Assembly (NCBI GenBank): GCA_964492935.1 | Contig: CAZBLF010000005.1 | Span: 1-43,775 of the forward strand | Length of the DNA: 43,775 bases | Direction: 5' to 3' | Source of the DNA: an uncultured Methanosarcinales archaeon | Lineage (GTDB): Archaea; Nanobdellota; Nanobdellia; Woesearchaeales; JACPBV01 | Shown here: positions 9,479 through 20,786 of the stretch, one piece after another | Numbering within the stretch: position 1 is the first letter of the stretch | Layout of the letters: every line of letters starts with the position of its first letter | Position numbers and translations under genes: made by a program | Notes under the pieces: model-generated | Database searches by the model: none | Seen by the model: the letters and a program-made list of their open reading frames with translations, nothing else | What the model was told of the DNA's origin: nothing

Positions 9479-9560
9479 ATAGGTTTTCGAAATTGGGTTT
9501 TCTTTAAATAACTTTCATTCTAACTAGATATGAGAACATAGTGTAGCGGTTGTTTAGAAT

Positions 9561-10274
9561 TTACTCTTCTGCTGCTTCTTCGCCAAAGCTTTCTGAATCG
9601 TCAGGGTGGGCTTCTGGGACAGGTACATCTTCTTTGATGTCTTCTTTTACTTCTTCTTTCTTAGGTTCTGCTTTTCTTGCTTTAGCTAGTTTCTTTCCCT
9701 TGGTTTTTCTTTCTTCTTCAAGGTGAACTGCTCCTACTTCGCAGATTTTGATGGGGTAAATTTTGTGTAGTCCTTTTTTGATGTCTTTTTGGAAGCTGGT
9801 GTTGATGATTCCTTGTACAAGCTGTTCAAGGGTTTTGTTGGCTACCATTTCGGATACGATGCCTTCTGTGTGTTTTAGAATGGCTGCTCCGGTGGTTCCT
9901 CGTACTTTGGTGATTGGAACTACAATGGGCTTGATTCTGACTACTTTGCCATCTTTTGTTTTGCAAAGGATAGATAGTGAGATGCGCTCTTTTCCTCGTC
10001 TTACGAAGCGTCTAATCTGATTTGCTAGAATTTTGTATCCATGTAATTGGGTTGTTGCCTTGTTTTCGGCTACTTTGTCAACGGTGAAGGTGATATCCAT
10101 ATTTTGCTTTCGCATGTCGTTTAATAGAGTCATGCCAGAACAGGATACTTTCTTTCCTACTAGGGTTTGTGGATCTTCAAGAGGAATTTCTCCAATAAGT
10201 CCGCCATTAAAGGCTTTTGGAGCCATAATCTGGATCCAGGATTTCCTCTTTACTCTTGATTTTGATTCAGCCAT
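9561..10274 (-). CDS. rps3ae: 30S ribosomal protein S3Ae (eS1) with an acidic C-terminal tail
   Basis: KSWIQIMAPKAF, RRFVRRGKERI and KIYPIKICEV motifs. Confidence 0.9.
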   Translation of the reverse strand: MAESKSRVKRKSWIQIMAPKAFNGGLIGEIPLEDPQTLVGKKVSCSGMTLLNDMRKQNMDITFTVDKVAENKATTQLHGYKILANQIRRFVRRGKERISLSILCKTKDGKVVRIKPIVVPITKVRGTTGAAILKHTEGIVSEMVANKTLEQLVQGIINTSFQKDIKKGLHKIYPIKICEVGAVHLEEERKTKGKKLAKARKAEPKKEEVKEDIKEDVPVPEAHPDDSESFGEEAAEE

Positions 10275-10300
10275 ACTTACTCTTGAGAAATTCTAGGGTG

Positions 10301-10308
10301 TTTATAAA
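10301..10308 (-). promoter_or_regulatory. TATA box of rps3ae
   Basis: TTTATAAA lies 26 nt upstream of the ATG. Similar spacing is seen at rpl10e, pyrF, proA and other genes, suggesting leaderless mRNAs. Confidence 0.6.
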
Positions 10309-10316
10309 TGTTAGTG

Positions 10317-12260
<1,944 letters not shown>

Positions 12261-12395
12261 TTAGAAAATTGACGTTCTCTGTGTGTTCTTAAGCGCCTGA
12301 AACTATATAAAAGTTTGCATTAAATTTTGGTGTTTTAAGGCTTAAGAATTAAGAATTTGAGGGTTTCAGCTCCTCGATAAAAGCATATATGAACT

Positions 12396-13076
12396 CTAAC
12401 TCATGAACAGTCTGATAACTTCCATTACCTCCTGGACATCAGTTATCTCGCCGGATTTTAATTTAGAAAGGACACCCATAACTTCTGGAAGATCAAACTT
12501 GCCGTCTGAATCTGTGTCGAACTGGGTGAGTTCTGGAGCCAGGTTTGATTCACACTCCAGCTCAAGTGCGCATGCTGGGTTGGTGCAGTCAATATTCGAT
12601 AGGTCGCAGGCATCTTCATCCTCACAATCTGTGCATAATGCCTCTTGATTTTCTATTTCATTACAGACCTGGTCAAAGTTACAAACTAAGGGCATATCGC
12701 AGGAATCTGGGTCTGTACAGGCAGGATCTCGGTATGGGTTGGAATCAATAACAAATTCTCCTCCTTTTTGGAAAAAACTTACCTTTCCCTTGATTTGATC
12801 TCCTGAGGATGGTGAATCAGAGAGCTCATAGGTTATCTTGCTAGGAAGACCATTCCCAATAACCAAGTCTTCGATTGTTTGTGGAGGATTAACTGCATAG
12901 ACGGCGAAGATGTTACTCCCAGACTTAAGGACCGTGTCAGTTATTTCATCGTCATCGATGTATGCTTTGAACGAACCTGGAACTATCTCTACGGAAGTCT
13001 CTGCTACTGATTCTGAAAGTATCATAATTTCGTTGTAATCAAACTGATTCCTGTCGTATTCGAAGTAAATAGTCAC
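12396..13076 (-). pseudogene. Probable 5'-truncated surface/secreted protein with Cys-rich repeats and a C-terminal EF-hand/dockerin-like loop
   Basis: Cys-rich segment followed by DTDSDGKFDLPEV. There is no signal peptide or ATG start, and the frame runs into the opposing ORF. Confidence 0.5.
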
Positions 13077-13077
13077 T

Positions 13078-13353
13078 TTGTTCCCTTCTACTCGTCCATG
13101 TGGAGTGGGAGAAACTTTGTGCAGTGGAAGAGGATCTGGGAGTGGATTGTGTTGTAATACTCTATATCAGAGGTGTACAAACAGTGTTGATGGAGCACCA
13201 CATTGTCGACAGAGATGTGGAACTAGCTTTTTGATGCCTGGGGAGAGATGTTGTCGGGGAAGAGGTAGGCGTGCTGGTATATCTACTATATGTCCGGAGA
13301 ATAGGGTTTGTGGTCATTCTTTTTTAGGCAATCCTCGGTGTAGGAGAAGTTAA
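13078..13353 (+). CDS. Cys/Arg/Gly-rich protein fragment, probably 5'-truncated
   Basis: Repeated C...CC...C patterns; TTG start only, with an in-frame stop at 13066 and no promoter space. Confidence 0.45.
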   Translation: MFPSTRPCGVGETLCSGRGSGSGLCCNTLYQRCTNSVDGAPHCRQRCGTSFLMPGERCCRGRGRRAGISTICPENRVCGHSFLGNPRCRRS

Positions 13354-13364
13354 TTCTTGAAGAT

Positions 13365-14408
13365 TTATACTAAAACTATATTCTCGCTTTTTATGATGAC
13401 TTTGTTTCTTTTTCCTTTCAACGCTTTCACTTCATCTGCATTATAGTCTACAACACCTTTCGCGATGTTATTTATTTTAACGATATCGTTTTTCTTGAAG
13501 TTGCCTTCAACGCTGTCTATTCCGATGGCTAGGAGGCTTACTTTTCCCTCTTTTAGGATGTCATGGGCGCATTCGTTTATTTTTATCTTTCCTCGTTCTT
13601 TTGCGAATTTGATGAAACGTTGTTTCGCTGAGAGTTTTGCTGCAGGAGTGAAGTGTGTTCCTGCTTGCCCTGTTAATGCGTTCTTGATGGCCTCCTTTTT
13701 TGTTCCATTCGCTATGACCATTTCAAATCCTGATTGCATTGCTATCTTTGCAGCTTTAATTTTGGTGAGCATGCCGCCAATAGCGAATGCAGATCCTGAT
13801 TTTCCAGCTGCTTTTTCAATTTCTTTTGTTATTTTGGTAACGTTTCTGATGAGTTTTGCATCTTTGTTTGTTTTTGGATTCTTATCGTATAATCCATCGA
13901 TATCTGATAACATTAAGAGGGTGTCGGCATTTACTTTTGACGCTACTAAAGCAGACATTTTGTCATTATCTCCAAAATTGGTTCCAATCTCTTTGGTTGA
14001 GATGGGATCGTTCTCGTTGATGATGGGGATGACGTTTAATTCTAAGAGTTTGTTTATGGTGTTTCTTAGGTTTAGGTACTTATTACGGTCTGAGAAATCT
14101 TCATACGTTACTAGAATCTGGGCTACGTTGATGTTGTGTTGAGAGAATGCGTCGTGATAGTGGCGCATGACCATGCTTTGTCCTATAGCTGCTAATGCTT
14201 GTTGTGTTTTTAATTCTCTAGTCTTCTTTGTCTTTAATTCTAATGCGCCTGCTCCAATAGCTCCAGAGGTGATGATGATGATTTCGTGTTTGTTCTTATG
14301 AAGTTCTGCAATTTGTTTGGTGAGTTGTTTGATGATGGTTGTGTTTAATCCTATTAATTTCTCTGTCAGTACATTTGTTCCTATCTTGATGACTATTCGT
14401 TTCGGCAT
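13365..14408 (-). CDS. proB: Glutamate 5-kinase with PUA domain
   Basis: RIVIKIGT, TSGAIGAG, PIINEND, FGDNDKMSA and GGMLTK motifs. Confidence 0.96.
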   Translation of the reverse strand: MPKRIVIKIGTNVLTEKLIGLNTTIIKQLTKQIAELHKNKHEIIIITSGAIGAGALELKTKKTRELKTQQALAAIGQSMVMRHYHDAFSQHNINVAQILVTYEDFSDRNKYLNLRNTINKLLELNVIPIINENDPISTKEIGTNFGDNDKMSALVASKVNADTLLMLSDIDGLYDKNPKTNKDAKLIRNVTKITKEIEKAAGKSGSAFAIGGMLTKIKAAKIAMQSGFEMVIANGTKKEAIKNALTGQAGTHFTPAAKLSAKQRFIKFAKERGKIKINECAHDILKEGKVSLLAIGIDSVEGNFKKNDIVKINNIAKGVVDYNADEVKALKGKRNKVIIKSENIVLV

Positions 14409-14559
14409 GGGTTGGATGTTAGTTTAGTGTTTTTAAAAGTAGTGGTGCTCGAACTTCTTTTTGTCGCGAGTTGAGGACAAATTTTCGAAGAAAGGCTTAA
14501 ATATGTGGTTTATTCGTTGTTCTTATGCATTTTTTTCTAAGCGCATGGAGGCGGTTGTT

Positions 14560-15609
14560 ATGAATAGTAGACCAGAGGTAGCACGATTAGCAGTCTATGG
14601 AGCAGGTATTAAGGATGGTGATGGTTCTAGTGAGAATCCTATTGTGGCAACGAGTCCAGTAGATCAGATTAAATATGCTAAAGATATGGGTTTTAGTGCT
14701 GTGCAGTTGAATATTTCTCCAGGTGACCTCGAGGGAGCTGATTTAGATTCTTTTGCGGAGGAGATTGAAGATGCTTCTCGAGCGCATGGCGTCTACATTG
14801 TTGGTTTTGGGAGTGGGAGTCCCGGACCGTGGATTTTTGATTCTAATGAAAAGGGTTTCGATGATGCTAGAAGGTATGCTAGGGAAGGTACAGGTTTCAT
14901 TGATGTGAAAACTCATCCCGTTACAGGTGAAGATGCTCCTGAATCGTGGCTATTTGAAAATAAAGTTATGGCTGCAAATGAAATTATTGAAATTGGGGGC
15001 AGAGTTGGACAGGGCCGTGTTTTTAGTGCGCATGCAGGTCACTTTCTTGATGAGTATGGTTCAAGTGATGGTCAGGAAGCTTCTCAACACGAAAAAGATA
15101 ATTATGAAATGATTAGGGAAGCCCTTAACTCCTTTGCTGATACTTCTCGTGATGAGGGTATGTATATTGGTATTGAAACTGGGCCTGATACCCTTAGGGC
15201 GATGACGCATACTACAGATATTGATGACGAGAGTTTGTTATACCAATTTGATACTGCCAATGAGGCAATCTGAGGTAACCCGGCGGATTATCTTGTGATG
15301 TTGGGATATCTTAAGGCGACGAACAAGATTGTTTCGGTTCATCTTAAGGGTCAGGCTGCTTTAGAAGGGGATGTTTCTGAAGGTTCCTGGCAGGCGAGAG
15401 AGGTTGATCTTGATGACGGAGATAATCGTGTCGATCTGGATCAGGTTTTGTACCATGTTAGAGATATTGTAACGCCGTTTGGAGATCCTGTTTCGTTAAG
15501 TATTGAGGGGGAGGTTCCTGCAAAGAGTTTGAGTGATCGGATTGAGGCGTTATCTAGAGTGAGAGCTTTTGTTGAAGGGAGAATGAATCATGTTGGAGGG
15601 TATCAGTAG
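14560..15609 (+). pseudogene. Xylose isomerase-like TIM-barrel (sugar phosphate isomerase/epimerase) interrupted by an in-frame TGA at 15271-15273
   Basis: ORFs 14461-15273 and 15295-15609 share a frame. The E (IETG), D (FDTAN), H (VHLK) and E (SIEGE) metal motifs span the stop. GGAGG SD precedes ATG 14560. Confidence 0.72.
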
Positions 15610-15621
15610 TTTTATTTTTAT

Positions 15622-16227
15622 TCAATCGACTAAGAACTCTTTAACGTGGCGGAGGTGTCTCTTTTCATCTGCAAAGAACCATCCGTCGCCGACAACGTCG
15701 CTAAAGCCGTTTTCGTGGTAGACTACAGGTAGGATGCGGTTTCTCATTGTTTTTTCTCCTCTTCCTTCTATTGGAGCTACCTTGAATGTTCCCTTATCGA
15801 GAGGGTGTATTCCTTGGGCACTGAAATCTGTTTCCTCGCTTTTTGCTAGTAGGGCGAGATAGAGGTCAACATGATCTGGTCCTTCTCTATCCACTCTTAG
15901 TAAATAGGGATGCGTCTCTCCGTTATCGGTGCTTGCGGTGCCCATTACCATCTCGGAGAGTTTGGAATTCACCAATTTCGTGTCGTAATCTTCAACTGCT
16001 TTGCGACGTATGGCGTTAAAGTCTGCATCGTCTGGATGTTGTTGCAATAGCTTCATCAGTTCTTCGCTTTGTTGAGGTGTGAGATCTCCAAAGTTACCAA
16101 GATCCCCTTTCCGTAGCGCTGTTGCTGATTTGACGGTAAGATGATCACTAAGCGCTTTTATTTTACTTTTTGCTTCAGGTTCGGTGATGTGTGGAGCAGC
16201 TGAGTAATATGTGTGTGAATAAGCCAT
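15622..16227 (-). CDS. Hypothetical protein
   Basis: 201-aa ORF with an ATG start and an upstream TTTAAAAA TATA box. Confidence 0.7.
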   Translation of the reverse strand: MAYSHTYYSAAPHITEPEAKSKIKALSDHLTVKSATALRKGDLGNFGDLTPQQSEELMKLLQQHPDDADFNAIRRKAVEDYDTKLVNSKLSEMVMGTASTDNGETHPYLLRVDREGPDHVDLYLALLAKSEETDFSAQGIHPLDKGTFKVAPIEGRGEKTMRNRILPVVYHENGFSDVVGDGWFFADEKRHLRHVKEFLVD

Positions 16228-16269
16228 ACCTTCAAGAATCAGAGTGCTTTTTTAAATCTTATACTTTTT

Positions 16270-17583
16270 TTATTTCTTCTTATGTGTAAATTTCTTTTTG
16301 CCTTTGGCGTAGTCGTCTACGATGTGGTCGATGCCGCGGAGAATGAATTTTGTTATTACTAGGCCTTCTAAGCCAACGGGACCGCGCGCATGGACTTTAT
16401 TTGTGGAGATACCGACTTCGGCGCCTAGGCCGTATCTGAAGCCGTCTGCGAATCTTGTAGATGCATTGTGGACTACTGAGGATGAGTCAACGAAATTGAT
16501 GAACATTTGAGCTTCTGCTTTTTCTTCGGTTACGATGGCGTCGGTGTGATGGGATCCATGCTTGTTGATGAAGTCTACGGCTTCGTTGATGGTATCTACT
16601 ACTTTGATTGAGATGATTTCTTCGTTGTACTCGGTTTTCCAGTCTTTTTCTGTTGCTTTGTGGATTTCTCGTAGTGGAATGGTCTTATTCTTCTTGATGA
16701 TGTTGAATGATTTGCTATCTGCGCGAACTTCGACGCCCATTTTCAGAAAGGTGTTAGTGATTTTTGGGATAAATTCTTGAGCTGCATCTTTATGGACCAC
16801 TAGGTTTTCCATTGCATTACAGACAGCTGCGTACTGGGTTTTCGAATCTACGGCGATCTTCATTGCTTTATTGATGTCGGCGTGCTTGTCTACATAGACG
16901 TGGCAGATGCCATCGGCATGGCCTAATACTGGAATCTTGGTATTGCTCTGGATGTATTTTACTAATTCGTTGGATCCTCTGGGTATTAGGAGATCGATGA
17001 AGTCGTCCATTTTGAGGACTTGCTTTACTTCCTCACGTGTTTCTAGTAATTGTACGGTGTCGGCAGGCATGCCTTGGTTGTCTTCGATGGAGGTTCGGAT
17101 GACTTCTACTAGTGCTAGATTTGAATTGAGTGCTTCTTTTCCTCCTTTGAGTAAGACTGCATTCCCGGATTTTATTGCTAATGCTGCTATTTGCACTACG
17201 ACTTCTGGTCTCGATTCGAAGATGCAGCCGATGACTCCGATGGGCACGGTTATTTTTTGTAAGGTGAGTTCTTCATCTAATTCCATCTCGGAGATGGTTT
17301 TTCCGGTGGGATCTTCTTGTTTTGCAACACTTCTCACCATGTCGCACATTTCTTTTATCTTTGCGTCGTTGATTTCTAATCGTTTGAGCATTGCTGCAGG
17401 TAGTTTTTTGTTTGCGCTTAGGTCCTTTTTATTTGCGGCTATGATTTGTTTGCTGTTCTTCTTCAGATCATCTGCTAATTCGTCTAGAACGATGTTTTTT
17501 ACGTCGGTATTTACTGCTGCGATTTGTAAAGCAGCTTCTTTAGCACGCTCACACTGATTAAGAACGGTTTCTTTTAATGACAT
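16270..17583 (-). CDS. proA: Gamma-glutamyl phosphate reductase
   Basis: IFESRP, KSGNAVLLKGG, IPRGS, VCNAME and GLGAEVGISTNKVHARGPVGL motifs. Confidence 0.97.
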   Translation of the reverse strand: MSLKETVLNQCERAKEAALQIAAVNTDVKNIVLDELADDLKKNSKQIIAANKKDLSANKKLPAAMLKRLEINDAKIKEMCDMVRSVAKQEDPTGKTISEMELDEELTLQKITVPIGVIGCIFESRPEVVVQIAALAIKSGNAVLLKGGKEALNSNLALVEVIRTSIEDNQGMPADTVQLLETREEVKQVLKMDDFIDLLIPRGSNELVKYIQSNTKIPVLGHADGICHVYVDKHADINKAMKIAVDSKTQYAAVCNAMENLVVHKDAAQEFIPKITNTFLKMGVEVRADSKSFNIIKKNKTIPLREIHKATEKDWKTEYNEEIISIKVVDTINEAVDFINKHGSHHTDAIVTEEKAEAQMFINFVDSSSVVHNASTRFADGFRYGLGAEVGISTNKVHARGPVGLEGLVITKFILRGIDHIVDDYAKGKKKFTHKKK

Positions 17584-17624
17584 GTGTGTTTTAATGAGAT
17601 GGAGATATATAAAGGTATGTGAGC

Positions 17625-18881
17625 TTAGACCAAATTTACCTTTTTCTCTCCGTTCTCGACTTTGCCGATTACTATTGCATTCTTGAGAATGGATTTTGCT
17701 TTTTTGAGGTCTTTCTTGTTAATGATGATTATGAAGCCGATACCCATATTGAAGACGCGGAACATCTCTTGTTCTGGAATGTTGCCGAGTTCTTGGATTA
17801 ATTGGAAGATTCCTGGTGTGGTCCAGGTGTTCTTGTTGATTTCAACTGAGGTGTTGCTGGGTAGGATTCTCGGGATGTTTTCGATTAAACCTCCTCCCGT
17901 AATATGGGCCATTCCTTTTATTTGGATTGCTTTTTGGAGTTGGGTAATGGTTTTAAGATAGCTTCTATGGACTTTTAGTAATTCTTCTCCTAACGTGCAG
18001 GTGAGGTGCTTTGGTTTTTGGTTGAGTTTAAGTCCTGCATGATCTAGAAGCACTTTGAGTGCGAGCGAATAGCCATTCGTGTGGAGGCCGTTGCTCGGGA
18101 GACCAAGGACGAGGTTTTCTTGTTTGATTGCTTGACCGGTGATGATGTTCTTTTTCTTTACCTTGCCCACGATACAGGATGCTAGATCGTATTCGCCGTC
18201 TTTATAGACGCCGGGCATTTCGGCGGTTTCTCCTCCGATTAATGCTGCACCATTTTCTTTGCATGCCTTTGCTAGACCTTTCACGATCTCGGTGATGGTG
18301 TTGGGTTTTAATTTTCCTGTTCCAATGTAGTCTAGGAAGAAGAGTGGTTTTGCACCCATGACTAAGATATCATTAACACAGTGATTTACGAGGTCTTGGC
18401 CGATGGTGTTGTGTTTGTTGGTTGCGAAGGCTACTTTTAATTTTGTGCCTACACCATCGGTGCTTGCTACTAATGCATTGTCGCGATCAATACTGTAAAG
18501 TCCTCCGAAGCTGCCTACGTTTGAAAGTACGTTATCGTTAAAGGTTTCCTTGACGTACTTTTTCATCTGTTGTACGGCTATATTGGCTGCATCGATATCT
18601 ACGCCGGCTGCTTTATAGGAGAGCGGGACTACTAGTTTTTTGAGTGAGGGTAATAGCGGATGTTGTGCTTGTAAGGTGTAATAGAGGGCGTTCGCTCGCT
18701 TTTCTGATGTTAAGAGACCCATGCTTTCAAGATCTTTGAGTGCATCGCAGAGTATTTTAGGTGAGAGCGATGTTTTCTCTAGGAGTTCGTTGACGTAATA
18801 GGGTTTTGGTTCAGCAATAAAGACTGCTAGGATCTCGGTGTACTTTCTTTTGAGTAGCGTTTCACTTTTTGACATTATCAT
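17625..18881 (-). CDS. purM: AIR synthase (phosphoribosylformylglycinamidine cyclo-ligase) with an N-terminal winged-HTH fusion
   Basis: SYKAAGVDI, TDGVGTK, GGETAEMPG, SNGLHTNGYSL, HITGGG and FNMGIG, preceded by ~85 extra wHTH-like residues. Confidence 0.94.
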   Translation of the reverse strand: MIMSKSETLLKRKYTEILAVFIAEPKPYYVNELLEKTSLSPKILCDALKDLESMGLLTSEKRANALYYTLQAQHPLLPSLKKLVVPLSYKAAGVDIDAANIAVQQMKKYVKETFNDNVLSNVGSFGGLYSIDRDNALVASTDGVGTKLKVAFATNKHNTIGQDLVNHCVNDILVMGAKPLFFLDYIGTGKLKPNTITEIVKGLAKACKENGAALIGGETAEMPGVYKDGEYDLASCIVGKVKKKNIITGQAIKQENLVLGLPSNGLHTNGYSLALKVLLDHAGLKLNQKPKHLTCTLGEELLKVHRSYLKTITQLQKAIQIKGMAHITGGGLIENIPRILPSNTSVEINKNTWTTPGIFQLIQELGNIPEQEMFRVFNMGIGFIIIINKKDLKKAKSILKNAIVIGKVENGEKKVNLV

Positions 18882-18938
18882 GTAGAAATGTGTAATGATA
18901 TATAAAGCTATTGGAATTTAATCGTTTACAAGAGAATG

Positions 18939-19988
18939 TTATACATTATTCGCGGGGTTTTGGTCAGTATTAGTACCGAGAATGATTCTTGCAACGTTTC
19001 TTGTTTCACGAGTCATGATCTTCATGGAGTCTACGATTCTGCTTTCTACGATAAAGGACCGGGGTTTAATCTTATCTTTTTCTCCCTTGAGGTATTGATT
19101 AATGTAGGATTCGAATCCATTGTCGAGTTCCTGAAGTAGCTTTCTGGTACTTACCTCAATATCAAGTGCGATGGCTTTGTTGGTGGCGTAGTAGGCCTTC
19201 ATCGCATCGAGGTAGCGTTGTTGGATGACTTGGAATAATTCGCAGAGTATTCTTTTGGGTTTGCCGACAAGCATGATGTTTAGGAGATCCTTTGCTATGC
19301 TCTTGGCTTGGTCGGCGATGCGTTCGATGCGGATGGTGAGGCTGCGATGGTCTTGTAATTCTACTGGAGTCATGCCGATTTTGCTTTGATAGGCTGGATT
19401 CTCCATTGCTCCGCGTACCACCCTGTATGCGAGAAAGTGAAGTCTATTGACGTCCTCATCGCGATTGTCGATGTTGGTGACGAGCTCTCTTTGCTCTGGC
19501 TCCTTATTTTTCCCCTCGAGAGCGAGGCAGGTGAGAGTATCTTCGATCATGGAGCGCGTAATGATGTCGACTCTTCTGACAATGGTTTTAATGGAGACCT
19601 CGTTGATATCCATGAGGTCTTTTGCGATAATCTTGTATGCAGTTTGTTCTAGAATTTCCATTCCGGAAAGACTGAGTAATTCATTGATGATCGCTCTTGC
19701 GTCGGTGATGATGCTTTTGCTTACAATTCTGATGGCGGAGTAATTTTGGAGGTAGGCGGTAAAAATGAGGGCCTTAGTCATCTCGTGTGTTTTCTTATCG
19801 GCGTCTATGGTGATGGACTTTACCTCTTTTGGAGCGGAGGTGTGCAGGGGCGCGATAATCAGCGTATTATCGTTCTGGTCAACGTCGACGGTATCCCCCT
19901 TTTGGATTTTTTGTTTGCTTGACCAGCTCTTGGGTAGCGTGATGGCTAGAGAATTCTTCCCAAACCCGATTACCTTTCTGGATTCCAT
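18939..19988 (-). CDS. AbrB/SpoVT-PhoU family regulator
   Basis: RKVIGFGKNSLAITLPKSW...GDTV AbrB N-terminus; PhoU-like DEDVNR and IERIAD motifs. Confidence 0.88.
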   Translation of the reverse strand: MESRKVIGFGKNSLAITLPKSWSSKQKIQKGDTVDVDQNDNTLIIAPLHTSAPKEVKSITIDADKKTHEMTKALIFTAYLQNYSAIRIVSKSIITDARAIINELLSLSGMEILEQTAYKIIAKDLMDINEVSIKTIVRRVDIITRSMIEDTLTCLALEGKNKEPEQRELVTNIDNRDEDVNRLHFLAYRVVRGAMENPAYQSKIGMTPVELQDHRSLTIRIERIADQAKSIAKDLLNIMLVGKPKRILCELFQVIQQRYLDAMKAYYATNKAIALDIEVSTRKLLQELDNGFESYINQYLKGEKDKIKPRSFIVESRIVDSMKIMTRETRNVARIILGTNTDQNPANNV

Positions 19989-20219
19989 ATAATTATCCTT
20001 GATTTATATAAAATTTAATTACTCTATACATTCGAATATACCTTCCCTGGCATATATATGCCATATATGGTATATGGCGCGGTATTATATAAATTTTTGC
20101 TATATATCTTATTGTGTCTCGTTTACATTGGGGGATGGGAAAACAAGCGTGGCCATATTCGTATGAAGCTGCTTGGTTGGAACATCTCCGCGAGACATTT
20201 TTGTCACGGGGGTGGAATT

Positions 20220-20399
20220 ATGGAAATGGGAAAACCGTTAATGGAAAGTTTGCCGGGTGGAGACGCGCTTTATCTGGATGTACCGGAGGCTGCAATCTAT
20301 TGTGGTGGGTGTATGGCGGAAATGAAAGTACATCATGACTCAAATTTCGGCTGCCCGATTTGTGGAAGAATCTACGATGAGGCGAGGGCTGGTTTTTAA
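20220..20399 (+). CDS. Small zinc-ribbon protein, 59 aa
   Basis: CGGC...CPICG; GGTGG SD before ATG 20220. Confidence 0.6.
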   Translation: MEMGKPLMESLPGGDALYLDVPEAAIYCGGCMAEMKVHHDSNFGCPICGRIYDEARAGF

Positions 20400-20786
20400 A
20401 GAGGGTTTTGATGTTCAGCGATCGTTACGATGGTTGTGAGTTAAGACTTAATAGATGGATGCTTAGATACAAAATGAGGTGTTTTGAAATGGCACCTCTT
20501 CAAATACGTCAGAGGTGGTTTGCATGATCGTATGTAGAGAGGGGATGTGTGTTGATTTGGAGAAGATGGGAATTTTGGATGACGAACAAAGCGAGATGGT
20601 TGTGTAATCAGAGGTGATGGCATGGAATCGGACTATTGGATGGAATTGTATCTTAACTTTACCTTGAATACGGCAGGGGAGGAGTTATCGGATAAGTAGA
20701 GGGCGTTGGGTCGGGATTAAAATTTCGACCTGAGTGTGCTCTGAAAACAAACATATTTAAATAACGGTCGGATAACATTATTTTTG

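Noticed and set aside
15271..15273. Genome-wide TGA reassignment
   Set aside because: TGA ends atpE, atpA, atpB, pyrB and pyrI at the expected positions, often in ATGA overlaps.
13465..17557. Long + strand ORFs 13465-14142 and 16907-17557
   Set aside because: They are antisense shadows of proB and proA.
20058..20338. Longer ORF calls 20058-20399 and 20114-20338
   Set aside because: The upstream part runs through AT-rich promoter sequence, and the SD-led Zn-ribbon start at 20220 fits better. A short ORF from 20135 cannot be excluded.
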